Shown here in pieces: positions 26,666-36,680 of a stretch of 64,000 nt of DNA. Made by a program: the position numbers and the translations under genes. The notes under the pieces are model-generated. The model had not been told where the DNA came from. It worked only from the letters and a program-made list of their open reading frames with translations, and made no database searches. The DNA is taken from the NCBI GenBank assembly GCA_964387675.1, contig CAYLWL010000002.1:22514-86513 (forward strand), in the 5' to 3' direction. The stretch is from an uncultured Candidatus Saccharibacteria bacterium (GTDB lineage Bacteria; Patescibacteriota; Minisyncoccia; UBA6257; 2-01-FULL-56-20). The stretch's first letter is position 1. Each line of letters opens with the position of its first letter.

Positions 26666-27023
26666 CTCCTCGTGCCGGTTTATCGGATGTTGTTCGGCAC
26701 CTTAACGCTGAATTGATTAAGGAAACCGTAAGTCAACGTTGTGCCCCGGATCTTTGCAACGAATTTTCCTCTAGCCTCTTTGCGGGTTTTCCCGGCAGAC
26801 GAAAGCAATGTGCCGCCAACAGAGTTGTCTATCCCCGATAGTGCCCTACCACGCTTGTAAGAAATAGAGCCTTCAAAGAACGGAGAAAGTAAATCGCAAG
26901 CCCATTCCTGTTCTCTTGTGCGGTTTCTACCACGCCGCGAAATAATGCATTTCTCCCTAATCGTCTGTGTAAACACGAGGCGAAATCCATTTCTCCTGGC
27001 GAACGTCTCCAATTTTTGCGCCA

Positions 27024-27635
27024 TCATCGTCCTCCGTGCTCGTGGCGGTGGCTGAAAACGACATAGACCCTGAATGCGTTTTGTTCGGAGCGCCTGAACT
27101 GGTACGCCGCCGCGGTTGCCACCTTGAATTTCCCCAAGATTCCGAGTGGCAAACTTACGCGCGGTCCGGCGCCGAGAGAATCCAAGCCCCCTTTGTGCAC
27201 GTTTTCGGTTTCGGCACCGATATTGACCTTGCGCCAAACTCCCTCTTCGACGATGACCATATCGTACATGGCCCTTCTGTCAAGGAACGGAGCGGCCTCG
27301 ACATACAAAGACGTTCTCCCGGACTGATACTGGAAACGGTTATCGAGCAGGATCTTTTCGCCTTTGGCGCTCCATTGCCGTTGCACCATTGATTCCAGCC
27401 ACCATTTTTTGTTGTCGCTTCTGTAGCCAATTCCTCCAAAGAGGTTGATATTGTCGGTTCCGTATACTTGGGCGTTGCCAATAACCCATCCCGCGAGAAA
27501 CCAGTTTTGAGCGACATCCGCTTGTTCGTGGAGAATCGTTCGGTTTTGCCAATCCGTAATCTCTTGGGCCTCCAAGCGCGAAGTTGAAAATACAAGCACA
27601 ACTGCGAAAGGCAGTAACCGGAGAAACGATTTCAT
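27024..27635 (-). CDS. hypothetical secreted beta-rich protein with signal peptide
   Basis: MKSFLRLLPFAVVLVFSTSRLEAQE signal peptide. Alternating aromatic/polar pattern. No family motif recognised. Confidence 0.45.
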   Translation of the reverse strand: MKSFLRLLPFAVVLVFSTSRLEAQEITDWQNRTILHEQADVAQNWFLAGWVIGNAQVYGTDNINLFGGIGYRSDNKKWWLESMVQRQWSAKGEKILLDNRFQYQSGRTSLYVEAAPFLDRRAMYDMVIVEEGVWRKVNIGAETENVHKGGLDSLGAGPRVSLPLGILGKFKVATAAAYQFRRSEQNAFRVYVVFSHRHEHGGR

Positions 27636-27817
27636 GAATCACCTCTTGGTTATCAAGCGAAGCTGGGTGGATTATAGACGGTCTCAATGATTTTGTCAAC
27701 GACCAAATGAGTTGTTCTGTTTCAATTCGAGGGAATTGGTATAATAAACTAGCAAAGTGCTAAGAGCTAATAGCTGGGGGTTTATCGTCAGCGTTAAAAC
27801 GATTTGCCCTTTGCTCT

Positions 27818-28234
27818 TTGCCATTAGCCGCAACTATGGACCAACCCTCTCAATCATTTGAACATGAAGCCCTCGAGGCCGATATTAAAGCCCTTGCGCA
27901 GGAAGTCGAGAAACATCGCGAACTTCCGGAGAATAAAGGCGTGAGCGGGCAGGAGTTGTTAAAGAAAGCAATCCGTGCCTTGCCGCCGGTTTCAACCGCG
28001 ACAGAGCCCGTCTCAAAACCCTCACGGCCGAGTCCGCTCCCGCAGTACGCGCAAAGCGCCTCGCCGGAAGTCCGTCTTGAAATCGAGTACTTGATTGACT
28101 TGGCTTTCCACGCCGGTATCGGTAAGGCCTCGGCGGAAGCGAAGAAATCCCCCGATTTCGTGCAAGACGCTTTTCATGACGCCTTGGCCGGAAAACTGTA
28201 CCCGATGTTTCAGGAGAGGGGAATACTTAAATAG
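27818..28234 (+). CDS. hypothetical protein
   Basis: 138-aa ORF, acidic helical. Preceded by a ctttgctctttgcc repeat. Confidence 0.35.
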   Translation: MPLAATMDQPSQSFEHEALEADIKALAQEVEKHRELPENKGVSGQELLKKAIRALPPVSTATEPVSKPSRPSPLPQYAQSASPEVRLEIEYLIDLAFHAGIGKASAEAKKSPDFVQDAFHDALAGKLYPMFQERGILK

Positions 28235-28265
28235 AGATTAGAGATGAGAAATGAGATATTAGGAT
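28222..28265. repeat. ATGAGA-family hairpin arm (left arm flanking four-helix-bundle copy 3)
   Basis: tagagattagagatgagaaatgagatattaggatatgagc. Confidence 0.7.
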
Positions 28266-28637
28266 ATGAGCAATGAAAAATTTATTTTTGAAGATTTAAG
28301 GGTTTATCACGGGGCATTAAAACTTTCAGTGGAGCTTACTAAGCTGGCTACGAAATTTCCACACGACTATTCGAGAATACAAAATCAATTAATTGGAGCA
28401 GCTATTTCTGTTCCCTTGAATCTCGCCGAGGGTTCTGGAAGGGAAAGCGATAAGGATAAAAAGAATTTTTATAGAATTAGTAGATCATCTATTTTTGAAC
28501 TCGTGCCTCTTATTGATATAATTTACGAACTAGGACTCATAGGAAGCGACAAGCGAGATGAAATTCGTCACGAAGTTGCGGAACTTTCGCGAATTGTTTC
28601 CACCTTAATGAAAAACAAAGTTTCTCAAAAGTCCTAA
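28266..28637 (+). CDS. four-helix-bundle protein (23S rRNA IVS protein / Avd-like), copy 3
   Basis: MSNEKFIFEDLRVYHGALKLSVELTKLATKFPHDYSRIQNQLIGAAISVPLNLAEGSGR. Confidence 0.8.
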   Translation: MSNEKFIFEDLRVYHGALKLSVELTKLATKFPHDYSRIQNQLIGAAISVPLNLAEGSGRESDKDKKNFYRISRSSIFELVPLIDIIYELGLIGSDKRDEIRHEVAELSRIVSTLMKNKVSQKS

Positions 28638-28662
28638 TTTCTCATTTCTAATATCTCATCTC
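28625..28662. repeat. ATGAGA-family hairpin arm (right arm)
   Basis: cctaatttctcatttctaatatctcatctctaaat. The same right arm recurs at 59630-59665 and 36765-36780. Confidence 0.7.
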
Positions 28663-28667
28663 TAAAT

Positions 28668-31040
28668 ATGTTTATTTACTTCCTTATGGGTTTTATCGTA
28701 AGCGCCGTTTTGGGCGTGAGTATTTATTTTTTGGCACGGCACATCGTTCGAGGCAAGCTTTTCGCGTCTTTGGGAATGACGCTCTTGCTCATCAAGATTC
28801 CCCGCGAAACCTCCGCCCAAAACGCGCCGGAAAAAGATTTCAAAACGGAGATTAATCGATTCGAGCAGCTTTTGGGCGGGCTCGCTTCTTTGAAGAAGCC
28901 GGTTGTGTTTGAGGCGGCGGTGCCCCACGTCGGCGAGGAAATCCATTTTTATCTCGCGGTGCCCAAAAAAATGATGGAGGTAGCCATAAAACAAGTCCAG
29001 GGTTTGTGGAACGGAGCGAGCGTCGACATCGCCCCTGATGACTTCAATATCTTTAACGCCAATGGCGCGACCTCGGCCGCCTATATTATGCAGAAAGAAA
29101 ACTATGCCTTGCCGATTCGGAGTTACTTGGAACTTGGGCTCGATTCGTTCGCGTCCGTTATCGGCGGCTTTTCGAAGGTTGCCGAAATTGGCGAAGGCGC
29201 GGCGCTGCAAATTGTTCTGCGGCCCGGCCCGAAAGACGCCAAGAAAAAAATCCACGGTTTCATCCAATCCCTCAAAAAGGGCGAGCCGCTCAAAAAAGTG
29301 TTCGGCCACGAATTTCCGGTGAGTTTCTCGGAGATCGGCCAGGCCCTGAATCCCAAGAAAGAGGAAGAGAAGAAAGAGAAGATCGTCGACGAAGAGGCGG
29401 TGAAGGCGCTCGAAATGAAAATAACAAAGCCCTTATTTGAGGTGAACGTGAGGGTGGTATGCTCGGCGGGTTCCAAATTCCAGTCGGATGATATTTTGGA
29501 CGGTATCACCGCGGGTTTCAATCAATTCGGCAGTCCGAGGAGGAATGAGTTCAGGGTGGTAAAACCGAGAAACCCAAACACGGTGGCTCGCCAGTTCATA
29601 TTCCGGAATTTTGAGTCCTCGCAAAGAATGCTACTCTCTGCCGAGGAAATCGCGAGCTTCTATCATTTTCCGACGGCGCTCACCGAAACGCCTCGAATCA
29701 AATGGCTCAAGTCCAAAGAAGCCCCGCCGCCCGCAAACTTGCCCGCGAGCGGCATCCAGATAGGAGAGAGTTTATTCCGCGGCCAGACGAAGCCCGTATA
29801 TATAACACACGAGGATAGGCGGCGGCATGTGTATACCATCGGTCAGACGGGTACGGGAAAATCCACGCTTTTGGGCAATATGATTATCGAAGACATCAAG
29901 CAGGGGAGGGGCGTGGCAATCATCGATCCTCACGGCGATCTGGTGGGCAACGCCTTGGGTTTTATTCCGAAAGACCGGATTGACGACTTGATTTATTTCG
30001 ACCCCGCGGATCTTGAAAGGCCGCTTGGACTCAACATGCTGGATTATAATTTTGATCGTCCCGAAGAGAAGACATTCATCGTGAACGAGATGCAGAGTAT
30101 CTTTAACAAACTGTTCCCACCGGAGACGATGGGCCCGATGTTCGAGCAGTATATGAGGAACGCGCTTTTGCTTTTAATGGAAGACATGCCCAACGAACCG
30201 GCGACGCTCATTGAGGTCCCCAGGGTTTTTACGGACGCAGAGTACCGCGCGCGCAAACTCGAGCGGATTCAGAATCCCGTGGTCATCGATTTTTGGGAAA
30301 AAGAAGCGGTGAAGGCGGGAGGCGAAGCGTCTCTTGCCAATATGACGCCGTATATCACCTCTAAATTCAACAACTTCATTTCGAACGACTATATGCGGCC
30401 GATTATCGGCCAGGCGAAGTCGGCGTTCAATTTCAGAAAGGTGATGGATGAAGGAAAGATTTTACTCATCAATCTTTCCAAGGGAAGGATTGGAGACATC
30501 AACGCCGGACTTCTCGGCATGGTGTTCACCGGAAAGATTTTGATGGCCGCTTTGTCGAGAGTGGACATAGCCGAGGTTGAGAGGCGGCGTGACTTTAATC
30601 TCTACATAGACGAATTCCAAAACTTCACGACGGATTCCATCGCCACGATTCTCTCTGAGGCAAGAAAATACAAATTGAATCTGACGATGGCGCACCAGTT
30701 CATTGCCCAGCTCACGGAAAAAATCCGCGACGCGGTTTTCGGCAACGTCGGTTCGCAGATTGTGTTTCGCGTCGGCGTGCAGGATGCGGAGTTTTTGGTG
30801 AAGCAGTTCGAGCCGGTGTTTAGTCAGAACGATTTATTGAATATCGACAACTTGAACGCCTACGCGAAGATTTTAATCAACGGCGAAACGTCAAAACCCT
30901 TTAACATTAAAATTCTTACCACTTCCTGGGGAGCGGGCGACAAAGACATGGCCCAAAAGCTAAGGGAATACTCAAGGATGAAATACGGCATGGATCGGCA
31001 GGGGATCGAGGCGGAGATTTATAGGAGGTTGCGAGAGTAA
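28668..31040 (+). CDS. membrane-anchored P-loop ATPase of the VirD4/TraD/TraG type IV coupling-protein-like family
   Basis: N-terminal TM (FIYFLMGFIVSAVLGVSIYFL). HVYTIGQTGTGKSTLLGNMI (Walker A), then AIIDPHGDLVGNALGFIPKDRIDDLIYFDPAD, which parallels the TrwB/VirD4 block (vIvDPnGD...ilnP.d), and LYIDEFQNF (Walker B). Confidence 0.55.
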   Translation: MFIYFLMGFIVSAVLGVSIYFLARHIVRGKLFASLGMTLLLIKIPRETSAQNAPEKDFKTEINRFEQLLGGLASLKKPVVFEAAVPHVGEEIHFYLAVPKKMMEVAIKQVQGLWNGASVDIAPDDFNIFNANGATSAAYIMQKENYALPIRSYLELGLDSFASVIGGFSKVAEIGEGAALQIVLRPGPKDAKKKIHGFIQSLKKGEPLKKVFGHEFPVSFSEIGQALNPKKEEEKKEKIVDEEAVKALEMKITKPLFEVNVRVVCSAGSKFQSDDILDGITAGFNQFGSPRRNEFRVVKPRNPNTVARQFIFRNFESSQRMLLSAEEIASFYHFPTALTETPRIKWLKSKEAPPPANLPASGIQIGESLFRGQTKPVYITHEDRRRHVYTIGQTGTGKSTLLGNMIIEDIKQGRGVAIIDPHGDLVGNALGFIPKDRIDDLIYFDPADLERPLGLNMLDYNFDRPEEKTFIVNEMQSIFNKLFPPETMGPMFEQYMRNALLLLMEDMPNEPATLIEVPRVFTDAEYRARKLERIQNPVVIDFWEKEAVKAGGEASLANMTPYITSKFNNFISNDYMRPIIGQAKSAFNFRKVMDEGKILLINLSKGRIGDINAGLLGMVFTGKILMAALSRVDIAEVERRRDFNLYIDEFQNFTTDSIATILSEARKYKLNLTMAHQFIAQLTEKIRDAVFGNVGSQIVFRVGVQDAEFLVKQFEPVFSQNDLLNIDNLNAYAKILINGETSKPFNIKILTTSWGAGDKDMAQKLREYSRMKYGMDRQGIEAEIYRRLRE

Positions 31041-31077
31041 AATGGATAAGGGACGCTTGAGTGAGCGTCCCTTGTTG

Positions 31078-32013
31078 TTATCTGATGAGAGCAAGTAGCC
31101 GGTTTTTGGTAGCTTCCACTGCTTCCATATCTTCCTTGTGGTGGTAGAAATAGGGGAGGAGTTTCGCGGCAAAGAGCGCATGGAGCGCTTTTTCGATTTC
31201 GTCTGTTTCCGCGAGCGTGAAGTTTCCAAGACCGTGGGTTTCGAGAAACGGAGTTCGCACTTTTTCTCGGCCGCCTTTTTTCCAATACGTGAGGACGGCG
31301 TAGTCCTGAATCCAGATATGCGATTGCGCGTTGTCCCAATCCACGAGCACCAATTCGCCGTCCGGCCTCAAGACGCAATTTTCCGGCCCGGCGTCCCAAT
31401 GCACAAGCACCGGCTCGAACTTCTGAACATGCGGTTGGAGCGTGCCTTGGACGAGCTCATAAACGCTCATCCGCGCGCCGGAATCCAACAGTTTCAATTG
31501 CTCCATTGCATCAAGACAGTTTTCTATGTCTCGTAGCATATACGTTACGAAATCGGAGGAAACTTTTTTGTGTTCGCCCATGTCTCCGTATACGGGGAAC
31601 TTGATCCGGTGAACTTTCTTAAGCAGTCTTCCTAACCTCCCATAAAATTCAGCGGAGCTGATTTTTGTTCCGATGGCCTCGGAGCATGTCGTGCCCTCGA
31701 CGAATTCCGTAATCATAAAGCCGTACGGAAAATGCCGGTTGTCTCTCGTGTGGTGGAGAATTCGTGCATGGGCTATTTCGTGCTCATCAAGCATCCTCTC
31801 GACCAACGCCAGTTTTCCGTTCGGCGGCCAAAACTCTTCTCCGAAGACCCGCACCGCAACTACGGAGCCATCTTGAAGGCAAACTCGGTAAACGTGATTT
31901 ACGGAGCCGTTCATGATTTTTGCGGCATTCAAAACCGATATTTTCAGCGCTTCTTCCGCGGCTTGAATGACGGCGCCGTCGAGCTGTTTTGAGTACTTAA
32001 GCGGTTTTGACAC
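31078..32013 (-). CDS. phosphotransferase-family kinase (APH/choline-kinase-like fold)
   Basis: LVHWDAGPENCVLRPDGELVLVDWDNA is the HxDxxxxN...D catalytic/Mg motif pair of the APH family. Confidence 0.65.
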   Translation of the reverse strand: MSKPLKYSKQLDGAVIQAAEEALKISVLNAAKIMNGSVNHVYRVCLQDGSVVAVRVFGEEFWPPNGKLALVERMLDEHEIAHARILHHTRDNRHFPYGFMITEFVEGTTCSEAIGTKISSAEFYGRLGRLLKKVHRIKFPVYGDMGEHKKVSSDFVTYMLRDIENCLDAMEQLKLLDSGARMSVYELVQGTLQPHVQKFEPVLVHWDAGPENCVLRPDGELVLVDWDNAQSHIWIQDYAVLTYWKKGGREKVRTPFLETHGLGNFTLAETDEIEKALHALFAAKLLPYFYHHKEDMEAVEATKNRLLALIR

Positions 32014-32218
32014 GCTACCTCCTCTGTCTGTTGTCTGTGATTCTTCAATGCACTAAGGGATATTTTGCAATAGAGCTAACTATCTGTCAAGTTTTCCCCA
32101 ACCGGTCGTTCTGCGCAAAAATCCAGAGCTCTAACCCAAGAATGTTGACATCATAAATGACTATTCACTTATAGTGTCAACATTTGCTTTTGGGTGAAGA
32201 TCTAAAAACCCGAGGAAG

Positions 32219-33508
32219 CTAGCCCAATCTATCGTTTTGAATAAATATCCATAATCCTCGGAGCCAAATTCTTATGGCCCTCCAAAACGGCATAATCGAA
32301 AGGAGATAATTTAATTCAACAAGTCCCTTGATGACCCAGCCGTCGAAGCCGGGGATGATCCACGACCCGATTTTCGCGATCGCGTATTTTCCGCCGACTG
32401 GCACAATGTAGGGATATTCGCGCGGCGCGTAGTTCGTGATTCTTGCTTCATACTTCCTGCTTCCTGCTTCTTGTTTCTTAATCTCCTCGATTACATTGTG
32501 TGCCACCACGTCTGCCTGCACAATCGCGGCTCGGGCAACTGCTGGAGTTGGCTTGCCAGTCGCGGAATCGTAAAAGCAGACACCGTCTCCCAATCCGTAA
32601 ACCATCGAGCGCAATTTAAGATCCGGCGTTTGCGGGAGGCATTCCATTCCTCCGCCAACGACCGGTTTGCCGTGCGCTTCGGTGTGCAGGGGCAGTTTCG
32701 TAAGTACCCGAGGCGATTGTATGCCTCCTGCCCAGACAAGCACGTCAAAAGCGATTTTCTTGCCGCTTTCTAATGCCACTTCGTTTTTGCCTGCCGATAC
32801 GATCTTTTCACCGGGCATAATTTCCACACCGAGCTTCCGTAATCTTTTTTCCGCGAGTGAAATTACTTTGGGGTGCAATCCTCCGAGAATCGAGGGTTGG
32901 GCCTCTACAATTAAAATATTAAGTTGGCATTCGGTTTTGAGCTGACCCTCTAATTCTCTGCGCCAGGATTTTAACTCGCCGGCCAGCTCCACACCAGTCG
33001 GGCCGCCGCCGCCAATCACAATTTTTACCGGCCCCCCTTTGCTTTCCGCCAGATTGCGGATGGCGTCTCTCATCATGATCGCATCCCGAAATGTTTTGAG
33101 CGGCAAAGAATTCTCTTCAAGTCCCGGTATGCCGAAATAATTGGTTTCCGAGCCAAGCGCTATCACGAGAAAGTCGGCGCATAACTCCTGACCATTATTC
33201 AGGTGGATGTCTCCCTCAAGCGGATCCATCGAAAGAACTTCGGCTTGGACAAAACGAACCCCTGTATTTTTTATGAGAGATTCGATGCGGTATGTCGCAA
33301 CTTCGTGGAGGCGGCACAAATTGGCCGTTTCCTGGGACGTGGTCGCGACTTCGTAGAGGAGGGGGGTGTAGGTTTGGTGCTCATTTTTATCCACCAAGAT
33401 CACCTCGTACTTGTTGAGGAGTTTCAGGGATTTCAACTTTTTCGATATCAGAGACGCCGCTCTTAATCCGCCAAAGCCGGCGCCCAAGACGACAACTTTT
33501 TTTGTCAT
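32219..33508 (-). CDS. ndh: type II NADH dehydrogenase (NDH-2) / pyridine nucleotide-disulfide oxidoreductase
   Basis: KKVVVLGAGFGGLRAA (FAD Rossmann), a second Rossmann KIVIGGGGPTGVELAGEL, C-terminal membrane-anchor-like tail. Confidence 0.75.
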   Translation of the reverse strand: MTKKVVVLGAGFGGLRAASLISKKLKSLKLLNKYEVILVDKNEHQTYTPLLYEVATTSQETANLCRLHEVATYRIESLIKNTGVRFVQAEVLSMDPLEGDIHLNNGQELCADFLVIALGSETNYFGIPGLEENSLPLKTFRDAIMMRDAIRNLAESKGGPVKIVIGGGGPTGVELAGELKSWRRELEGQLKTECQLNILIVEAQPSILGGLHPKVISLAEKRLRKLGVEIMPGEKIVSAGKNEVALESGKKIAFDVLVWAGGIQSPRVLTKLPLHTEAHGKPVVGGGMECLPQTPDLKLRSMVYGLGDGVCFYDSATGKPTPAVARAAIVQADVVAHNVIEEIKKQEAGSRKYEARITNYAPREYPYIVPVGGKYAIAKIGSWIIPGFDGWVIKGLVELNYLLSIMPFWRAIRIWLRGLWIFIQNDRLG

Positions 33509-33552
33509 ATTTCTTCATTATACAGGAGTATTCGGTTATAATTAAAACTGCT

Positions 33553-34689
33553 ATGATCCGCTATTTGAGCAAAACCAGCCCGAGGGCGCTCAAGGGGGTT
33601 GCCCTTCTGCGCCTTGATTTCAACACCGAAGACAATTGGCGGATGAGGGCGGCAACGCCGACGATAAAGTTTCTGCTTCGTTACGCCTCAAAAATTCTCA
33701 TTGTAAGCCACAAAGGCCGCCCGCTTCACACCCTAATTCGCGCGAATGGTAGAATAGTTGGCGCAGAGAAAAAGCTTGGTTTGTTAGAAGATGCGAAAAC
33801 GCTTGAGCGGCTGCTGCGCAAGAAAGTCAATTTTATTCCGCGTTTTAATTTCAAGAGAATTGACGACGTTATTTCTCGGGCCAGAGAGAAATCTATTTTT
33901 GTTTTGGAAAATATCAGATTTTTGAAAAGTGAGTCCACGAAGAAACCGGAGCTTGCAAAACAACTCGCCCAACTTGTCGACTATTACGTGAACGACGCCT
34001 TCGCCGTATCTCACAGAAGCAGCGATTCCGTAGCCAAAATAGAAAAGTTTTTGCCAAGCTATGCTGGATTGGAACTGGAGGCAGAGCTGAAGTCCCTGAC
34101 GCATATTCTCGCAAAACCAAAACAGCCGCTGGTCTTGATTCTTGGGGGAAGCAAGGCGTCGGACAAGCTCGGCATCATTAAAAATCTGAAGGGAAAAGTT
34201 GATTTGTTCATTTTGGGGGGAGCGCCGGCAAACACCATTTTTTTTCTGAAAGGTATGGATGTGAAAAAATCGCTGAGAGACAGGGATAGAAAAGACCTGA
34301 AAAACTTGAAGGCAATTTTGAATTACCCCAATCTGTGCCTGCCCGCGGATTTTAAGTGGAAAGACGGCGCGATTCTCGACATAGGCGAAAAGACCATCAA
34401 GGTTTTTGAGGAAAAAATAAAAAATGCGAGAACCATATTTTGGAACGGGCCGATGGGCCTTATGGAAAAAAAGCCATATGACAAAGGGACGCTGGCGTTG
34501 GCACGGGCGATCGTAAAAAATCGCAAAGCATTTACCATTGCGGGCGGAGGCGAAACCGTAATGTTCCTCAAAAAACACAAACTTGATACAAAGTTCAGCT
34601 TCATTTCAACCGGCGGCGGAGCGATGCTCGATTTTCTCGCCGGAAAAAAATTGCCCGGGATCGAAGCTCTTAAATATGGCAAAAGATAA
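33553..34689 (+). CDS. pgk: phosphoglycerate kinase
   Basis: LLRLDFNTEDNWRMRAATPTIKFLL, ILGGSKASDKLGII, AGGGETV, ISTGGGAMLDFLAGKKLPGIEAL. Start moved to ATG 33553. Confidence 0.8.
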   Translation: MIRYLSKTSPRALKGVALLRLDFNTEDNWRMRAATPTIKFLLRYASKILIVSHKGRPLHTLIRANGRIVGAEKKLGLLEDAKTLERLLRKKVNFIPRFNFKRIDDVISRAREKSIFVLENIRFLKSESTKKPELAKQLAQLVDYYVNDAFAVSHRSSDSVAKIEKFLPSYAGLELEAELKSLTHILAKPKQPLVLILGGSKASDKLGIIKNLKGKVDLFILGGAPANTIFFLKGMDVKKSLRDRDRKDLKNLKAILNYPNLCLPADFKWKDGAILDIGEKTIKVFEEKIKNARTIFWNGPMGLMEKKPYDKGTLALARAIVKNRKAFTIAGGGETVMFLKKHKLDTKFSFISTGGGAMLDFLAGKKLPGIEALKYGKR

Positions 34690-35527
34690 GAAGATCGTCA
34701 TTATCTATCACGGGGGCTGTAGAGATGGATTTGGTGGCGCTTGGGCTGCATGGAAAAAGTTTGGAAATAAAGCGGTGTATCTTCCCGCGCACGATCGATT
34801 TGTGTTGCCCCGAGAGATCAAGAATAAAGAGGTCTATCTCATTGATTACACCTACGAGCCGGATTTGGTGAAAAAGTTGTTACGGGATAATAAGCGTGTT
34901 ACGGCTATAGATCATCACATTACGGCGCAAAAGGCGGCGAGGTTAACGAAAGAGTATTCTTTCTCTTTGCGCAATTCTGGCGCCGTGCTTGCGTGGAATT
35001 ATTTCCATCCTGGCAGAAAAACCCCGATGCTTTTACGATATATCGAAGACGGGGATTTGTGGAAGTGGAAAATCCCACGCTCAAGAGAGATTTTAACTTC
35101 CACCATTGACTTAACCGACTTCGATTTTATGGAGTGGAGTCGTCTTGCGAGAGAATTGGAAACACCCGCGAAAAGTAAAAAATACGCCGAATATGGAAAG
35201 TTGATTTTGAGATACGAACGCTCGATTATCGAAGAGTTGCTACCGGGCGCCGAACTTGTGAAATTTGCGAATCACAAGGTGTTCGCGGTGAATGCTCCTC
35301 ATCGGTTTGCTTCTGATCTGGGACATATTCTAGCCAGAAAATCACACTCGTTGGCGATCGTTTGGAGAAAAGAAAGCGGAAAAATCAAAGTATCTTTGCG
35401 TTCGAATGGCAGTATTAATGTCGGCGCTATTGCCAAAAAATATGGCGGAGGCGGCGGACATAAGGCCGCGGCGGGGTTCGAGTGGTCATCAAACGTTTCG
35501 CTTCCTTGGAAGCCGATAAAAAAATGA
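34676..35527 (+). CDS. nrnA: DHH-family phosphoesterase (NrnA-like oligoribonuclease/pAp phosphatase)
   Basis: VTAIDHHITAQ (DHH motif), GGGGHKAAAGF (DHHA1 GGGH). Start at ATG 34676 (MAKDKKIVIIYHGGCRDGFGGAW). Confidence 0.7.
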   Translation: MAKDKKIVIIYHGGCRDGFGGAWAAWKKFGNKAVYLPAHDRFVLPREIKNKEVYLIDYTYEPDLVKKLLRDNKRVTAIDHHITAQKAARLTKEYSFSLRNSGAVLAWNYFHPGRKTPMLLRYIEDGDLWKWKIPRSREILTSTIDLTDFDFMEWSRLARELETPAKSKKYAEYGKLILRYERSIIEELLPGAELVKFANHKVFAVNAPHRFASDLGHILARKSHSLAIVWRKESGKIKVSLRSNGSINVGAIAKKYGGGGGHKAAAGFEWSSNVSLPWKPIKK

Positions 35528-35952
35528 CAAAGAAAAACTTGTTTGCGGCCGGGAAAGTAGTCGTTTATACCGACGGCGGCGCAAGGGGAAACCCCGGGCC
35601 GGCGGCGATCGGCGTGGTGATAAATGGACGCGAGTATGGTGAGTATCTTGGAGAGCGCACCAACAATCAGGCGGAGTACGAGGCGCTGATTTTCGCGTTG
35701 AAAAAAGTAAAACAGCTTGTCGGAAAAGCGAAATCAAAGGAAGCGGAGATAGAGGCGCGGATGGACTCCGAACTCGTGGCGAAACAGCTCAACGGGAAAT
35801 ATAAAATTCTGGAGCCGGAACTTCAGCCGCTTTTCGTAAAAGTTTGGAATCTAAAACTCGATTTCAAGAAAGTTTCGTTTGTTCACGTGCCGCGCGAAGA
35901 AAACAAGAAAGCGGACAGGATGGTGAATAAGGTTTTGGACGAGCACGCTTGA
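35524..35952 (+). CDS. rnhA: ribonuclease HI
   Basis: VYTDGGARGNPGPAAIG, NNQAEYEALI, C-terminal VPREENKKAD. Confidence 0.85.
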   Translation: MTKKNLFAAGKVVVYTDGGARGNPGPAAIGVVINGREYGEYLGERTNNQAEYEALIFALKKVKQLVGKAKSKEAEIEARMDSELVAKQLNGKYKILEPELQPLFVKVWNLKLDFKKVSFVHVPREENKKADRMVNKVLDEHA

Positions 35953-35999
35953 AAATTAAGCCGCCACGTTATGAGACGTGGCGGGCGACGTGGCCGACT

Positions 36000-36602
36000 C
36001 TACGCGGCTTGGCGGAACCGCGCTTTCCTCGATTGTGTCGAGAGGACTGCGATACTGCCGTGCGCGATGATGAGCACGATGGGTGTGACGAGCGCGATGA
36101 GCTTGTCGTCTCGCAGAACGACGTTCGTCGTCGTAACGAGGAGTGCTAGTGTCCAGAGCGCCCACGACCGAGGCGTCTCCTTGAATGGGTCTCGCCATAC
36201 TCCCTCGAAAGTTGGAATGAACGAGATGAGAAAGGCGACGAGAACGATCATGTTGGCTCCGGTTGCGCTCCGGAATTTCCACCACACCAGCGTTGCGAGT
36301 AGGCCAAGGGCGAACAGTCCCCACTCCTTCGGCTTCAACTTCGAGAACTTCCCGATGGTGAGCACGTAGAGGAATGTGAGAATGCACGCAACCGAGCCGG
36401 TGAAGAACTGGAGCGCCACCACCATGTCGCCGCTCATCTCACGATATGAGAGAGCATTGAGAGTGGCGAGAAACGCCCAGACACTCCAACTCGCAGCGTT
36501 GGGGCTGGATTTCCCCATTTTGGTCTGCACGTTGTACAGAACGTAAGCGACGCCGTGCAAGAGCGCCGCCGTTAGACCGAGAGCAATGGTTAGCTCTTGC
36601 AT
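36000..36602 (-). CDS. hypothetical polytopic membrane protein
   Basis: About 200 aa, 6 predicted TM helices. GGAGG RBS 7 nt before ATG 36602. Confidence 0.45.
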   Translation of the reverse strand: MQELTIALGLTAALLHGVAYVLYNVQTKMGKSSPNAASWSVWAFLATLNALSYREMSGDMVVALQFFTGSVACILTFLYVLTIGKFSKLKPKEWGLFALGLLATLVWWKFRSATGANMIVLVAFLISFIPTFEGVWRDPFKETPRSWALWTLALLVTTTNVVLRDDKLIALVTPIVLIIAHGSIAVLSTQSRKARFRQAA

Positions 36603-36680
36603 GACGCACCTCCGTATTGTTGATACTATTGAAAGTATAACAAAATTCCAAACACTTGTCAAGCTCAAAACAATAGTTTA

